A DNA stretch of 64,000 nucleotides from Okamejei kenojei (GCA_035221665.1 CM069134.1:19406001-19470000); one strand, 5' to 3'; counted from the first letter of the stretch, positions 1 to 12,897 are shown. The notes: generated from the letters alone by a model not told the origin. A program made the numbers and translations.

Positions 1-1446
1 CTGTCTGTTTAAGGCAAGTGGGAATGGGCAAAACAGTGACACAAATGCATTTAGATTTCAAAGTTGACATATAAAGCACAATTACCTCTGCGCTAGACTT
101 TTTTTTTATCACAAAGTAAGTGCCGAAAGTGATAACAATGGAGGGATTATGTTGTACGCATATTGTCATGCAAACATTTATAGAGTTAATCTGTACTTCC
201 TTGATCATTTTATTTTAGAAAGTGCTTTCTGTAGACTAATCTGTAAACCCATTGGGCAAACTATTTCCACGTAATAAAGACCTGATTATAATTGGGCAGA
301 TGGGGAGGTGGAATGCTGCATGTGAATCTCCTTTGTCATAAACTGTGTGGGTTGGTGTCATTTTAATTTTAAAGTCGTCCCCTGGTAATGAACGAGTTCA
401 ATTTTTACCGATGCCCTTAAAATGATTTTGTCCATGTCAGAACATGCATAAAAATAATTTGCTATGGTAACCATACCTTCACAGTATAGTAATGAATGGC
501 ATCAAAAGCACATAGCACTGATAAGAATGAACAATTGCTAAAGTGGAGACAGAGAGGAAACCAGACTTTGTACATACATCAGACTTTTGAATTTAATTAT
601 GTTATGGGAGCTCATTTTTATGCCAAGTGTCCTTAAAGTCAGACATTCATGACCCTTTGCTGCACAAATTTCTGAGCTTTTCCAATAAAGGCCTGTATTA
701 GGAAAGCTCAGGGGTCTGTACTGTGAAGATTACTTTCATTCATTCTCATGTTCCTGTCTGGTTTTGGGCTTACTAATGAAATGGGTGTTTGGAATTCAAG
801 GCCGCAAACCCAGAACCAAGTTGACAGTGTAGCCATGAACTTTACTCTCTTCGACAATGTGCAGCAGGGGTCCCAGAGTATTGGGCATCACAACCAACAC
901 TGACTCCACAAAATCCTCCAAATCCAATGACTGATTGGTAAACTAAAGTCGTCACCCAGGCCAACTTCTCCAGCACCAAAACCCTGATTGGGCTCAACCG
1001 ACTTCAGTGGCCAGACCACAACTTCTGCATGGCCAATCCAACCCCTCAGATCAAACACTTAAGTCTGAACTCCATCGCAAGAAGAGATCTTTGGAGAACA
1101 AAGAAGACATGTCAAGGCCATTCACCAAGCCCCCTTGAAACAATGCACCATCCTATGTCATTGGTCAATTCCAATGACCACTAGAGACAGAGAAGGAGCA
1201 TCTGCGATGGTAACCAATATCTTGATTCACACACTGGTATTTGCAATGGCCATCCACAATCAATGGATGGGGAATACTACATCCCAACAACTTACCCATT
1301 CAACCCCATCTGCCCTAACAATAGCATCATCTGCCCAATCTATCAACCTGCACCCAAATCCACTTTCCAATCGCCTGACACTACTATTGCACCTCTGTGT
1401 TCATTAACCTCCTCTGTCTGAATGATCCCCTCAAATTCAGACGAAT

Positions 1447-1663
1447 TGTGTAGGAGGGAACTGTAGATAGACATGATATGCTGGAGTAACTCAGCAGGAC
1501 AGGCAGCATCACTGAATAGAAGGAATGGGTGACATTTTGGGTTCGAGACCTTTCTTCAGACAGAGAGTGACTGAAGAAGGGCCTCGACCTGAAACATCAC
1601 CCCTTCCTTCTATACAGAGAAGCTGCCTGTCCCGCTGAGTTACTCCAACATTTTGTGTCTATC
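1447..1663. mobile_element. Fold-back Penelope pLTR-derived element with hammerhead-like cores
   Basis: Two inverted copies of the tgctggagtaactcagc...agcatc...gaaggaatgggtgac...cttcttcag unit; ctgaagaagggcctcgacctgaaacatc at about 1572-1599. Confidence 0.8.
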
Positions 1664-1962
1664 CTCAGATTCAGATCAGCTTATTGTGATATACACCAGG
1701 GTGCAATAAAGTTCCTTGTTGACATGAAGGTCACAGAGTACATCAGTATACACGCTGTGCTGAAAAACCCAAAACCAAATGCAATGAGTGCAAAACAGCA
1801 GAACGGTGCAAAATTGTAATGAAGAATCTGAGTAATGCAAAAGAATATTAAAATACAATAATATAATATCAGAATGAGGTAGGGTTAAGAGTTATAGGTG
1901 GCGGCACCTATCCTGAGATGGGTTGTGAAAGAAGTCAGATAACAGTGGAGAACAGCAGTCAT

Positions 1963-2110
1963 AGGGTGGCACGGTAGTGTAGCGGTAGAGTTGCTGCCTC
2001 ACAGTGTCAGAGACCCGGGTTCGATCCTGACTACGGGTGCTGTCTGTACAGAGTTTATAACGTTCTCCCCGTGACCTGCGTCGGTTTTCTCCGAGATCTT
2101 CAGTTTCCCG
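1963..2110 (+). mobile_element. tRNA-derived SINE (HE1/V-SINE-like), 3' truncated
   Basis: A-box-like ggtagtgtagcgg, B box ggttcgatcc, then the V-SINE-type core gctgtctgtacagagttt...gttctccccgtgacctgcgt. Confidence 0.8.
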
Positions 2111-2319
2111 TTAAGACATTGTACAAATTTTTCACAGTCATATGTAGGTTAACTCAGGGTCAACGGTACAAAGAAATGTGTTTGACAAGACAATGGGTCA
2201 CCTCAGCAATGATATTACAAGGATAAAAATAAGATTAAAAAAAAGATAAGATGAAAGTGACATTGGTAGATAAAAGACAGTAATAAATAAAATAATCAAC
2301 ATATATGATGTGTTTATGA

Positions 2320-2925
2320 GTTCAGAAGCCTGATGGCCTGATGGTAAAAACTATTCTTAAGTCTGGTGATACGTGCAGCCATGCTCCTATATCGTCTGCC
2401 TGACAGTAACAAGGAGAACAGTCTGCGTGCTGAGTGGCTGTGGTCCGTGATGATGCTGTGTGCCTCCCGCAGGCACCGCCGGTGGAAAATGTCCTGAATG
2501 GCCGGGAGGCTTCACCACTCTCCATGGTGATTTGTGGCTGTGGGCAGAACAGTTCCCATACAAGACTGTGATGCAGCCCGTCAGCAGGCTCTCGATGGTG
2601 CACCTGTAGAAGTTTGTGAGGATGCTGGCGTTCATGCCAAACTTCCTCAGTCTTCTCAGGTAAAAGTGTCGCTGGCGGGCTTTCTTAGTTACTGTGTCCG
2701 TGTGCAGTGTCCAAGAGAGGTCCTCAGTGATGTGCACACCGAGGAACTTGAAGCTGCTGACCCTTTCAACCTCAGCATCACCGATGTGGATGGGGAGGTG
2801 TCCACTCCCCTGCTGTCACCTGTAGTCCACGATCATCTCTTTAGTTTTGCTGACATTGAGAGAGCGGTTATTTTCTTGGCACCAGCTGTTTAGTTCCTTT
2901 ACCTCCTCCCTGTAGGCTGTCTGTG
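2320..2925 (-). mobile_element. Rex1/Babar-type LINE fragment (RT C-terminal region)
   Basis: HITEDLSWTLHTDTVTKKARQRHFYLRRLRKFGM...LTNFYRCTIESLLTGCITV.YGNCS is the typical Rex1/Babar C-terminal motif; frameshifted. Confidence 0.88.
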
Positions 2926-3224
2926 ATGAGGCCCAGGATGATCAGGAAATGGAGGAACATATTCTTCAGCAGCAGCAGCTTTGGTCTTACTGTGACTTAG
3001 CAAAGGGAATGATGGCTGATGGGTCAGTGCCATAAGCAATATCCCTGATAACTGCCTTCATTCAGAGCGGTTCAGTAAAAAAACATAAAATGCTGGAGTA
3101 ACTCAGTGGGTGAGGCTGCACCTCTGGAGGATGTGGAGAGGTGATGTTTCGGATCTGGATGCTTTTTCTGTTCTAAGACAATGTTTCCACATTCAGTACC
3201 TCTGGTTCATCCTCCTGTAGATCG

Positions 3225-3378
3225 GCAAGACCAGCATCGATGAGGCGACTGTTTCTTTCTGTCCAGGGCCTCCTCCATTGCCAGAATGAGGCCACATGTT
3301 AAACATGATGAAAAGCACCTCACATTTCGCTTGGGTAGGTGACAACCCAACATATATATAATGAATTCTCTAATGAAA
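3225..3378 (+). mobile_element. Penelope-like element fragment (GIY-YIG 3' part, degenerate)
   Basis: cacctcacatttcgcttgggtagg... is near-identical to the GIY-YIG-coding segment at 12635-12700. Confidence 0.7.
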
Positions 3379-3439
3379 GTTGATATTATTGAAACAAATG
3401 ACATGGTAGATGTTGAAATATAGTTTCGATTTTTTTTTG

Positions 3440-3725
3440 AAGTACAGCATGGAAACAGGCCCTTCGGCCCACCGAGTCCACACTGACCATCTATGACCCT
3501 TTCACACTAGTTATGTTATGGCACTGCCTAAGCACTACGGGCAATGTACATGGTCAATTAGCCTACAAACCGACACGTCTATTTTGCGTGGGGAGAAACG
3601 GGAGCATCCATGAGGAAACGTACATGGTCACAGGGAGAAGTGCACAGGCATCATTCGAGCTGGGATCAAATGCGGGTTTCTCGCGCTGTGAGTGCAGCTA
3701 GGTTAGCTGCACAACTGTGCTGCCC
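3440..3725 (-). mobile_element. HE1/V-SINE-like SINE
   Basis: Starts with the reverse-complemented CR1-like tail tacagcatggaaacaggcccttcggcccacc, followed by the reverse V core and tRNA head. Confidence 0.75.
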
Positions 3726-3774
3726 AAAATGTTTCTACTCCTTGGAAAACCTCAAGAGAAGGAACATAGTTACA

Positions 3775-4050
3775 AGACAAGGGGGCTGTCATATAAAACC
3801 AAGGTGCGTAGGAACTTCTTGCGGAGAATTCTGAATTTATGGAATTCTTTATCCCGCAGAGTTGTGGAGGCTAAATTAATATAGAGGGGGGTGATATTTG
3901 AAAAGGAAGCAGATAAATGTTTGAAAGATCAGGAACTTGAGGGCACTAAGGAACTGACACAGAAGAGTAGATGAGGCATGGAACAGATTGTCCGTGATCA
4001 TATTGAGTGGCAGGGCAGGCTTGAGGGACTCAGTAACCTACTCCTGGTGC
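3775..4050 (+). mobile_element. CR1-type LINE 3' fragment (degenerate)
   Basis: ggaattctttatcccgcagagttgtggaggc... ending in gatcatattgagtggcagggcaggcttgaggg...cctactcctg, a CR1-like 3' end. Confidence 0.6.
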
Positions 4051-5340
4051 CAGGACAATCTCAGACATCAACGCATTATGTATACTGTTTCTGATTACAA
4101 ATAAATGAACAATTTGTGACACAAGGACAATTTCAGAACATTTAGTCATCTAGAATATGTGTGTGAACAATAAAGGGATTGATGACTTCTCATGCCTAGT
4201 TGAGTGGCTTAAAGATAGTAATGCAGCATTGAGAATGCAAGTTTTAATGGCATACATATTTTTGTTAGAATAATCATTAATGCAGCTGGACAATCCAGGT
4301 TAATAGGAAATCTTCAACGTCCATTTACCCTACCAATAACTGGAATTAACTGCCTGTTTCGTACTGTCTTTTTCTCTAACCCTTCTCACATGTCGATTAG
4401 ACCATTAGACCATTAATACTCGAACAAATTTGAATATTTCAACAAAAAATGTGTTTTTAAATCTGGATAGAGCTCCTTTCAAGAAAACATTCTAGTTGGA
4501 TGTGTGGGTGAACAGATCAGCAGACTCTGTGAACAAAGGCTAGATCTCCTCGAGGAGATGCAGTTTTTAGACAGCATCATGTACATTAAATGTGCACAAC
4601 ACAGCAGCCGCCTCTGATCTAGGTTGCAGGCATTTTGGCAAGACACTCTTGCTGACAGTGGAGCAAGAACTAATGCATATGCAAGTTTTATTATGTTTCT
4701 AGGAAATATATTTCTAGAATATTAATAACACAAGCTTAAGCACATTTATGAAGTTGTTATGTATAATGTCAAGAAAAATCCTGTCTTGTCGCGAGGCTTC
4801 ATAATTCAATGCTGTGAGCTCGTTAGAACCAACCATTCCAGACACAATTGAACCCAATTTACTCTACACGTGCCTGCCTCATGATACTGCACAGCAACAA
4901 ACAAGGAGTGTTTAGTCTAGATTCCCCAACCACTGTTAGGCGTGGACAATGTTTGATGGACAATTTGTTTTGTTATCTCTTGGTTAATTTGGTTAAACAA
5001 ACAGGAGCTGTATTCTTGGTCGGTGAGTGTCAATATTATTTTGGCAAATACCCTCTTCTGAAAATTAACAATTGATTTAATTGACTAAGAATTATTTATT
5101 TTTTTAACTTTCTAATCAATGCTACACACATAAGCTATTTTTCAGATAGAACCATGTTGCAAAAACTCATCAGCTAATAAGCTGATGAGTAGGTCAAATT
5201 ATTTAGTGGAAGTATTTAAATCTATCGTATACAGTACATTAATTAAGAGTAGACTACACACCCAACCAGATTTCCTGACTTTGATTTTAAATCTTGTATA
5301 TGGGGAGAGCATCAGTGAGAAATTGATTTTGAGGTTGTTA

Positions 5341-5536
5341 AGGGCCTGTCCCACTTGGGCGTTATTTGCGCGTCATTTACACTACATAATTTACGCGTCA
5401 CGACGCGCGCATGGCGAGACGTGGTGACATAGGCAGTGACGCGCAGTCGTGTGCGGTGCCCCAGGATTTTGGGATTCTCAAAATCCTCGCGCGCACCTGC
5501 GTGATGTGCAAATGACACCCAAGTGGGACAGGCCGT
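5341..5536. mobile_element. MITE (non-autonomous DNA transposon; Harbinger- or Kolobok-type)
   Basis: 19-bp terminal inverted repeats AGGGCCTGTCCCACTTGGG / CCCAAGTGGGACAGGCCGT, TTA/TAA-type flanks, CpG-rich palindromic interior. Confidence 0.85.
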
Positions 5537-5649
5537 TAAGACATTGTACAATTTTTTCACAAGTGGAACTTTTCTCAAAGATATCACCATCAAGTTTTTA
5601 TCAAAGGAAGGATGTGATGACATGGTCCCTTCTCAAACCTTATATCTTA

Positions 5650-5895
5650 TGACAGAGAAGGACATTCAGCTCATCAAGTCTTGCCGGCTCTCAACGTAGT
5701 CCTATCCCTACACGTATCTCTCTGTAACCCATTATATCTCACATGTTCATCAACTCCACACTAATTCTTCAAGCACCCACCTTTGCAAGATGTAATATAG
5801 AGCCATCAATTAACCTGCCAACCAGCACAACTTTGAGGTGTGGAAGAAAACTACATAGTTTACACTGGAGACCCGGGTCAACCTTGAGGCCTGCT
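5650..5895 (-). mobile_element. Degenerate V-SINE-like element
   Basis: ccatcaattaacctgccaaccagcacaactttgaggtgtggaagaaaac resembles the reverse V-SINE core. Confidence 0.5.
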
Positions 5896-7599
5896 GCCCT
5901 GACTTGAACAGAATGGGGAATGAAATATAGGATTTTATCTTCAGTCCTGTTAGTTGGCACTAATCACTCTTTTATACAAAATCACAAAGTTATCTTCATT
6001 ACACTTACATTAAGTAGCAAAGCAATAGCGTTAACTCCTGATTTGAAAGAATGATATTTGCAAAAATCTAGTGAGCTCTGTGGTATGGATTTCTTCTTCT
6101 CCTTCGTCAGTTGCTGTCAGTTCAAGGTTTCTCATACCGACAATGGTGTCATCTAGCTGACAACTACTCACATTGAGAAATTCTCTAAAAGAGTAAATAA
6201 GAAAATATAAACAACATCTTTTTACAAACATTTTAAACAGTTCAAAGGGTGTGAAATAGAAGTCAGGATATATGCATGAGCTGAAAGGAGTATTATAAAT
6301 AATTATTATAATTAATTTACGTCACAGAATTTTAAAGTAATTAGCTCAGCACAACACACTCTCAACATATAAAATCAGTATCAGAAAGGTTAGTAAGTCT
6401 AGGTATGTAATAAAATCTCACACATCTTGCAACAAAGTATAACATTTATGAGAACATTTTATAGTGAGAAGGAATTATACAGGAGAAGGACCTGAAATAG
6501 TGCAATTTGCGAATGAACAGGAATTTCTGACAACTTCTGATTTTCATGTTTCCCTGTGCACTGGCAGTTCTCCTTTTCACGGTGCTACGGCAATCAATAC
6601 TGAAACTATTTTCCACCACCACAGTTGAAAATAAAAAGCTTTGTTTAGTGACTATTCTGTGCAGAAAACAGAATCTTTAACTGAATGAAGGCAACATTGA
6701 CTAACAATAGGAAAGGGTTTTAAATCACCTTTTTGCATTGTAATTTATGGAAGTGTAATGATATGACAAGGAAAATTTCTGCTTATGTTTTTTAAGGATA
6801 GACTTTTGTAAATAATCGTTTCATGCAGTTAAAAGATATTAATTCAACTCAAATAAACAGCAAAAGGAATGTGTTTAAAATTGGACTGACATGAAATAAA
6901 ATGTCTGAACTCTTGCATATTTTCAGTGGAATTCTAAGTTAGTTCAGCAGAAGAGTTATTTTACAGTACAAGGATTAATCTGGAATGATTGTGAGATGGG
7001 CTTGAGTCCATGGGGAATGCCAATACATAAATCTAAAAGATTTTCCTTCGCTCCCCATCTTCCCTTTGGCTTTGAGTTTCATATCAGTGCTGTCAAGATT
7101 AAATATTTGTACCATTCTACACCACCACCATGGAATAGCCATCTCTCTCTGATTCTTCATCCATTAACAATTAATTTCCCAGATATTTGTGCTGACAACT
7201 GGAAGTACCGTGGATGGATAGGGATTGATGTGAATTACTGATAGGAAAACGGAATGATCCATGCCCTTTCTCTCCCATGCAAAACAATTGCATCACCCGG
7301 CCATGAAGTGCGTTTAGTTGCTCAACTCCACTCTGGTCCACCTATGCCTTCCCTACACAGAGATATTCCACTCTTGTTCCCTCATTCACGGAGACACTCA
7401 ACTCAGCACTCTTCTGCTGAACTAAACTTAGAATTCCCTATCTCCAACCAATTGTCCCTATCATCCTTACGCGCAATCCTTGTAAGAGAATTTTTCCTCA
7501 TTCTTCCCATTGCCAAGCATTTATGGGTAGTGAGTATTCTTTCCATTGGATTTTCCCTGGGCAGCCGTAATCTCTCACTTTGTTGAGCCTTCAGTCTGT

Positions 7600-7895
7600 T
7601 AGTTTTAGTTTTGCTTTAGAGATACAGCACAGAACAGGCTCTTCGGTCCACTGAGTCTACGCCGACCCTGCACACTAGCACTACCCTGCACGCTAGGGAC
7701 AATTTACAATTTTACCAAAGCCAATTTACCTACAACCTTGTACATCTTTGGAATGTGGGAGGAAACTGGAGCACCCGGAGGAAACCCACTTGGTCACGGG
7801 GAGAACATACAAATTCCATACAGACAGCACCCATAGTCAGGACCAAACCCGGTCTCTGCTATAAGGCAGCAACTTAACCGCTGCACCACTATGCT
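7600..7895 (-). mobile_element. HE1/V-SINE-like SINE, near full length
   Basis: (tttag)n tail, reverse core gtgggaggaaactggagcacccggag...ggggagaac...cagacagc, reverse tRNA head. Confidence 0.85.
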
Positions 7896-10324
7896 GGATG
7901 GATCATCTTAAACAACTTAAGTCAATTGTCCAGAAATGTTGTTACATTGTACTGCTGTTTCAAGATTGCGGATATGACAACTTTTTCCCCTGAAGTGAAA
8001 CACAATATCGACCATTTCCAGTAATTGGATTTGGTACCTTGGGGATAACTGGATGGTATCGTTCACCATACATCGTTCATTTTGAATCTTTTTGGAATAA
8101 CTCTGATCTTTCTGCATCAGAAGCAACAATCACTGAGCCTCCTGGCCCATCTCTGTCTCATCAGTGTAGCTCTGGCACAGGATCCCTGTCAGTTTAGTCT
8201 TGCATCTCCCTTTAATTATTCTGCCCTCTCTGTTATGACACTCCCAATCCACCAAGGACTACACTGTATCCCCATAACCAACCGCCCCCTCCTCCCCTGA
8301 GCTCACCTATGCGAGCCTCCAAACTTCTGTCCACTCAGGGTACTGGAACTGATCTCCTAACTTTCTAAAACCCAATCCTACAAGGCCACCAAATGACCTC
8401 CAACAACTCCCCCTCACTCACTCCACGAGCCTATTGCTTACCTCATCTCTCCCAGAGATTCTCGGAAGATCGTCGGTTTCAATCTGTCCGAATCTTGGCC
8501 ACAAACCCTCCCTTGTCAACTCAAGTCAAAGACAACCCACATTCCACCCCACCCCTAACTAGGCACTGACCCAACCTTTCCACCCCTCAACGCCACCTAC
8601 CAAACCAGCCAGGACTCAGCCCCAATCCCTTCTCTCCAACCACCTTCAACCCCAAGAACATGCAGTGCCTGTTCAGCTGAATTGGACAGACATACACCAT
8701 GGGCACATAAAGTTTACAGGAGAGTCACATACATCATGGCCAAAACAAAATGTACAAGAGGGCAGTGACTACTAAAGCAGATATCAGCACCAATCTTGGT
8801 GGCCTAGAATCTCTAACCATAAATATTTAACTGTATATATTCCTTCCTGGCTTTATTTCGAGATATTATTCAATTTGACATCAGCTGAAACTGGAGTTGT
8901 GTTGAGTCCCTATAGAGATGGCACCCTGTGCCTTGTGTGCAAACTGCAGGCAGGTCTGACATCCTGAGGAACGTGGGCAACATGTGCGGTTACTTCTACA
9001 TGGGAGTTCAAGCATTCCCCCACCTGCATGTCTCCAGGAGTGCATTAAAGTTGCTTCACCAGGAGACTGATGTTATTCATTCTTTGTCTATTTTTGTACT
9101 GATTTGTGAACTGTGAAAAATGTTAAAAGTCTAAAATGTCTCACATGTCCAGCACTATGTACGTGCAATGACCAGAAACAGAAACTAATCCATTGGGAAT
9201 GGAATGCGGTGCATGGGGTAATGTGAATAGAAGGTGCTTGGATCCTCAAGCCAATTCTTCAGCTCCTACAGATTTTGTTAAGATTTCTCATGGAGTCGAA
9301 ACCAATGTGTGAGCCCTGACATTCACTGGCATGCAATTTTACAACAATGGTGACTGTTGCAGATTTACACAGCAACAAATGGTCAAGGACAGATCCAAAA
9401 CTCAATGCACAGTACCGGCCTTTGGTTTATAACAATAGGTACTTAATTGATTTTTTTAATCTACATTCTCTCTGTACAGAAACATAAGTAATTAGCAAAG
9501 ACATGCATTTAGGGGAATTATGTTTACGACAGATGCCTATTGTGTTTACTGAGCAAGAACTGTAATAAAGTGGCTTAAAAAAAATGATTTTGTTTCCCGA
9601 GGTCTATCCACGGCTCATGTTAAAACTGTGTACAGGCCAAAGTTCATTTTTATCATGACTCCAGAGTGGTAAACACATCTACACTTGTGCACTTTGCTCC
9701 TTGACAAATCACTCACAGTTGCACAATTTATGACCTCTTTGTTTCAGACGAAAGAAACACGCATTAGTCTGGGCCGAAGAGAGTTGCTTTATTTCCTTTT
9801 CTGTAAAAAAAGGGTTTATCTGTGGATATTTGCTCAAAGTACATGTTAATGTTCTCAAAGTGAAGGGACTCACAGGAAATGATAAAAAAATATATACATT
9901 CTTTTGACATTATAATCCTGAATAGCACTGGAATCACCTAAGACAAAATTATTGATTATATTGAATGAGGAATAAGAGAAGAAACTAGAGTGCTTACATA
10001 TTATATATATTCCCTTAAAAAACTCTGGTTTATATTAATATTCAAAATATTACCCAGAAACTGTGTTGTGATAGTTTTACAATGTGAATGGTTTAGGTTC
10101 AGTGTTAACAAACAACCAAAAAATATGCAAAATAATGGCAGTTATGCAAAAGAAGTGCCCGTGGTTGAACACCCTTATGTTTGATGACCTAAACAGGTTC
10201 CTGTCGGCCCTGTGTCTCTTAGCTACTGTGGAAAGTGCTGCATCATGTTTGGAGGCTTGCTATTCCTTTAAGAGGCTTTGCCATGCAGTCATGAGTCATT
10301 AAAACTGTTGTACCGGATTTGTAT

Positions 10325-11150
10325 TAAAGAAGGAACTGCAGGTGCTGGAGAATCGAGGGTACACAAAAGGCTGGAGAAACTCAGCGGGTGCAGCAGCATC
10401 TAAGGAGCGAAGGAATAGGCGACGTTTCGGGTCGAGACCCTTCTTCAGACTGGTCAGGGATCAGGGAAACGAGAGATAAAGACGGTGATGTGGAGAGATA
10501 AAGAACAATGAATGAAAGATATGCAAAAAAGTATCAATGATAAAGTAAAAATGGAGCTGGTGCGACAAGGGCCCGAGGGCTGAGGGAGAGGTGGGAAGGG
10601 GAGGCGACAGCAAGGGTTAACAGAATTGAGAAAATTCAATGTTCAAGCCCAAAGGATGCAGACTCCCCAAGCGCTGGCGGATCGCCAACTGGCATCTGGA
10701 GAGCGGATGCAGTAGATGAGGTTGGAGGAGGTGAGTGGAGAGGTGAAGGGACAAGTGTAGCATTTCCAAGCGGTCTTTGCGGAGCAGACAGCTGGCGAGT
10801 GGAGGGGTCACGTTGGAGGTGGCGAAACTGGCGGGGACTATGTGTTGTATTAGCCGGCTGGTGGGGTGAAAGGTGAGGACCAGGGGGACTCTGCCCTGTT
10901 TGCAGAGAGGGCAGTGTGCGGGGTATGGAGGAGACCCTGGTGCGAGCCTCATCTATAGTGGGGGAGGGGAATCCCCTTTCTCTGAAGAATGAGGCCATTT
11001 GTGATGACCTGGTGTGGAACACCTCATCCTGGAAGCAGATGCGGCGTAGGCGGAGGAATTGGGAATAGGGGATGGAGTCCTTACAGGAAGCAGGGTGGGA
11101 GGAAGAGTAGTCCAGGTAGCTGTGGGAGTCAGTTGGTTTGTAGCTGCAGT
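10325..11150 (-). mobile_element. Penelope-like retroelement 3' fragment (RT C-terminus, internally deleted) with terminal repeat and intact hammerhead core
   Basis: YKPTDSHSYLDYSSSHPASCKDSIPYSQFLRLRRIC...FFRERGFP is a PLE RT C-terminal motif; LGSLHPLGLNIEFS is the end of GIY-YIG. Core at 10421-10448 reads CTGAAGAAGGGTCTCGACCCGAAACGTC on the minus strand. Confidence 0.9.
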
Positions 11151-11333
11151 TCAAGCCTGATTGTCACAAAGGTTAGGATCAAACGCGGATCTGTGCAGCT
11201 GTAAGGCACCCTTTCCGAGGCTTCAAGAGCTGAGTCCGATAAAGCTGCTTCATGACTTCCTGACTCTTATACTCAATGCAAAAACCTATGAAAGCAAGCA
11301 TACCATATGCCTTCTCTACCACTCTGTCTACTT

Positions 11334-12110
11334 ACGATACGATATGACATGACACGATAACATTTTAACAGTTGGTCTGCTGACAGTCACAACACACTAG
11401 GTACACAAATTAAAAGTGCAAAAAAAAAAGACAAGCGACTGTTAGCTGGCTGCCATGTGCACAGCGCCTTCACCGGAACAAACTGGAACGTACAACAAAT
11501 AAACAAAGACATATCTCCTGTGCAGAGGATTCTAAACTAGAGTGCCCCCCCTCCTCCCCCCCTTTGTTCTCCCACCGTCCCTAACAGCGGACCCCCAAGC
11601 CGGTGCCCATTGTCTTCCCCCCCACTCCCGTCCCCACTCCCTTCACGTTCCACCACCGCTGTCTCCCATCGCCACCACCGCTGTCTCCCATCGCCACCAC
11701 CGCCGAGTCTCCCATCGCCACCACCGCTGAGGCTCCCATCGCCACCACCGCTGTCTCCCATCGCCACCACCGCTGTCTCCCATCGCCACCACCGCTGTCT
11801 CCCATCGCCACCACCGCTGCTGTCTCCCATCGCCACCACCGCTGTCTCCCATCGCCACCACCGCTGTCTCCCATCGCCACCACCGCTGTCTCCCATCGCC
11901 ACCACCGCTGTCTCCCATCGCCACCACCGCTGTCTCCCATCGCCACCACCGCTGAGGCTCCTTCGACCCAGGCAGGCCTCACCGCCCGGCTTCTCCGCAT
12001 TCCCCTGGGAGGCCTGTGGGGCGAATCGAGCCTACCGGTGTGAATTCCGGTCATCGGTCGTCGCTCCAGTCGTTGGCGTCGCAGTTGTTCAGCGGGTGGA
12101 TCGGGCCATT
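11334..12110 (-). mobile_element. Unclassified CpG-rich composite retroposon with internal VNTR
   Basis: Interrupts a CR1 relic (gtctactt | tgtgttgccactttcagg). It has an (acgat)n-type simple-repeat tail at the left end, a CpG-rich right end and no coding potential. Confidence 0.55.
11650..11955. repeat. 22-bp minisatellite (CCACCACCGCTGTCTCCCATCG) x ~14
   Basis: Near-perfect tandem units read directly; this produces the repetitive ORFs in all frames. Confidence 0.97.
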
Positions 12111-12442
12111 TGTGTTGCCACTTTCAGGGAGTCATGGACTTGGACACCCAAGATCCCTCTGTACATCAATATTGTTAAGGGTCATGCCATTTTACCCTTA
12201 AATTCGACCTCCTAAAGTGCAACACCTCATACTTGCTCAGATTAAACTCCATCCGCCATTCCTCTGCCCATTTCTGTAGCTGATATATATCCACTGTATA
12301 CTTTTACAGCCTCACAGTCTGCGACCCCAGCAATGTTGGTGTCATCTGCAAAACTAACTAACCAACCTATCTACATTTACATATATATATATATCACAAA
12401 CAACAGAGGTCCCAGCATAATCCCTTGTGGAACACTGATCAG

Positions 12443-12897
12443 CTCCTGTACATCGGTGAGACCAAGCGCAGTTTCTGCAATCATTTCGCTGAACACCTCC
12501 GTTCAGTCCGCCTTAACCTACCTGATCTCCCGGTTGCTCAGCACTTTAACTCCCCCTCCCATTCCCAATCTGACCTTTCTGTCCTGGGCCTCCCCCATTG
12601 TCAGAGTGAGGCCCAGCACAAATTGGAGGAACAGCACCTCATATTTCGCTTGGGTAGCTTACACCCCAACGGTAGGAACAATGACTTCTCTAACTTCAAG
12701 TAGCCCTTGCTTTCCCTCTCTCTCCATCCCCTCCCCTTCCCAGGTCTTCCACTAGTCTTACTGTCTCCGCCTACATTGTATCTCTGTCCCGCCCATTCCC
12801 CTGACATCAGTCTGAATAAGGGTCTCGACCCGAAACACCACCCATTCCTTCTAGAGATGCTGCCTGACCCGCTGAGTTACTCCAGCATTTTGTGTCT
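12443..12897 (+). mobile_element. 5'-truncated Penelope-like element: GIY-YIG endonuclease C-terminal part plus terminal repeat with hammerhead-like core
   Basis: YIGETKRS...FAEHLRSVR...PVAQHFNSPSH...LEEQHLIFRLGSLHPNG is PLE GIY-YIG. ctgaataagggtctcgacccgaaac lies at about 12812. Flanked by a 9-bp direct repeat actgatcag (12434-12442, 12898-12906). Confidence 0.92.

Noticed and set aside
370-1430. Old DNA transposon or retroelement relics; ORF 1135-1407
   Set aside because: Looks like decayed repeat sequence but is too diverged to classify; the ORF has no recognisable motif.
11537-12215. Several 100-200 aa repetitive ORFs, and a CRISPR-like look
   Set aside because: These are translations of a 22-bp minisatellite. 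There are no unique spacers and the context is eukaryotic.
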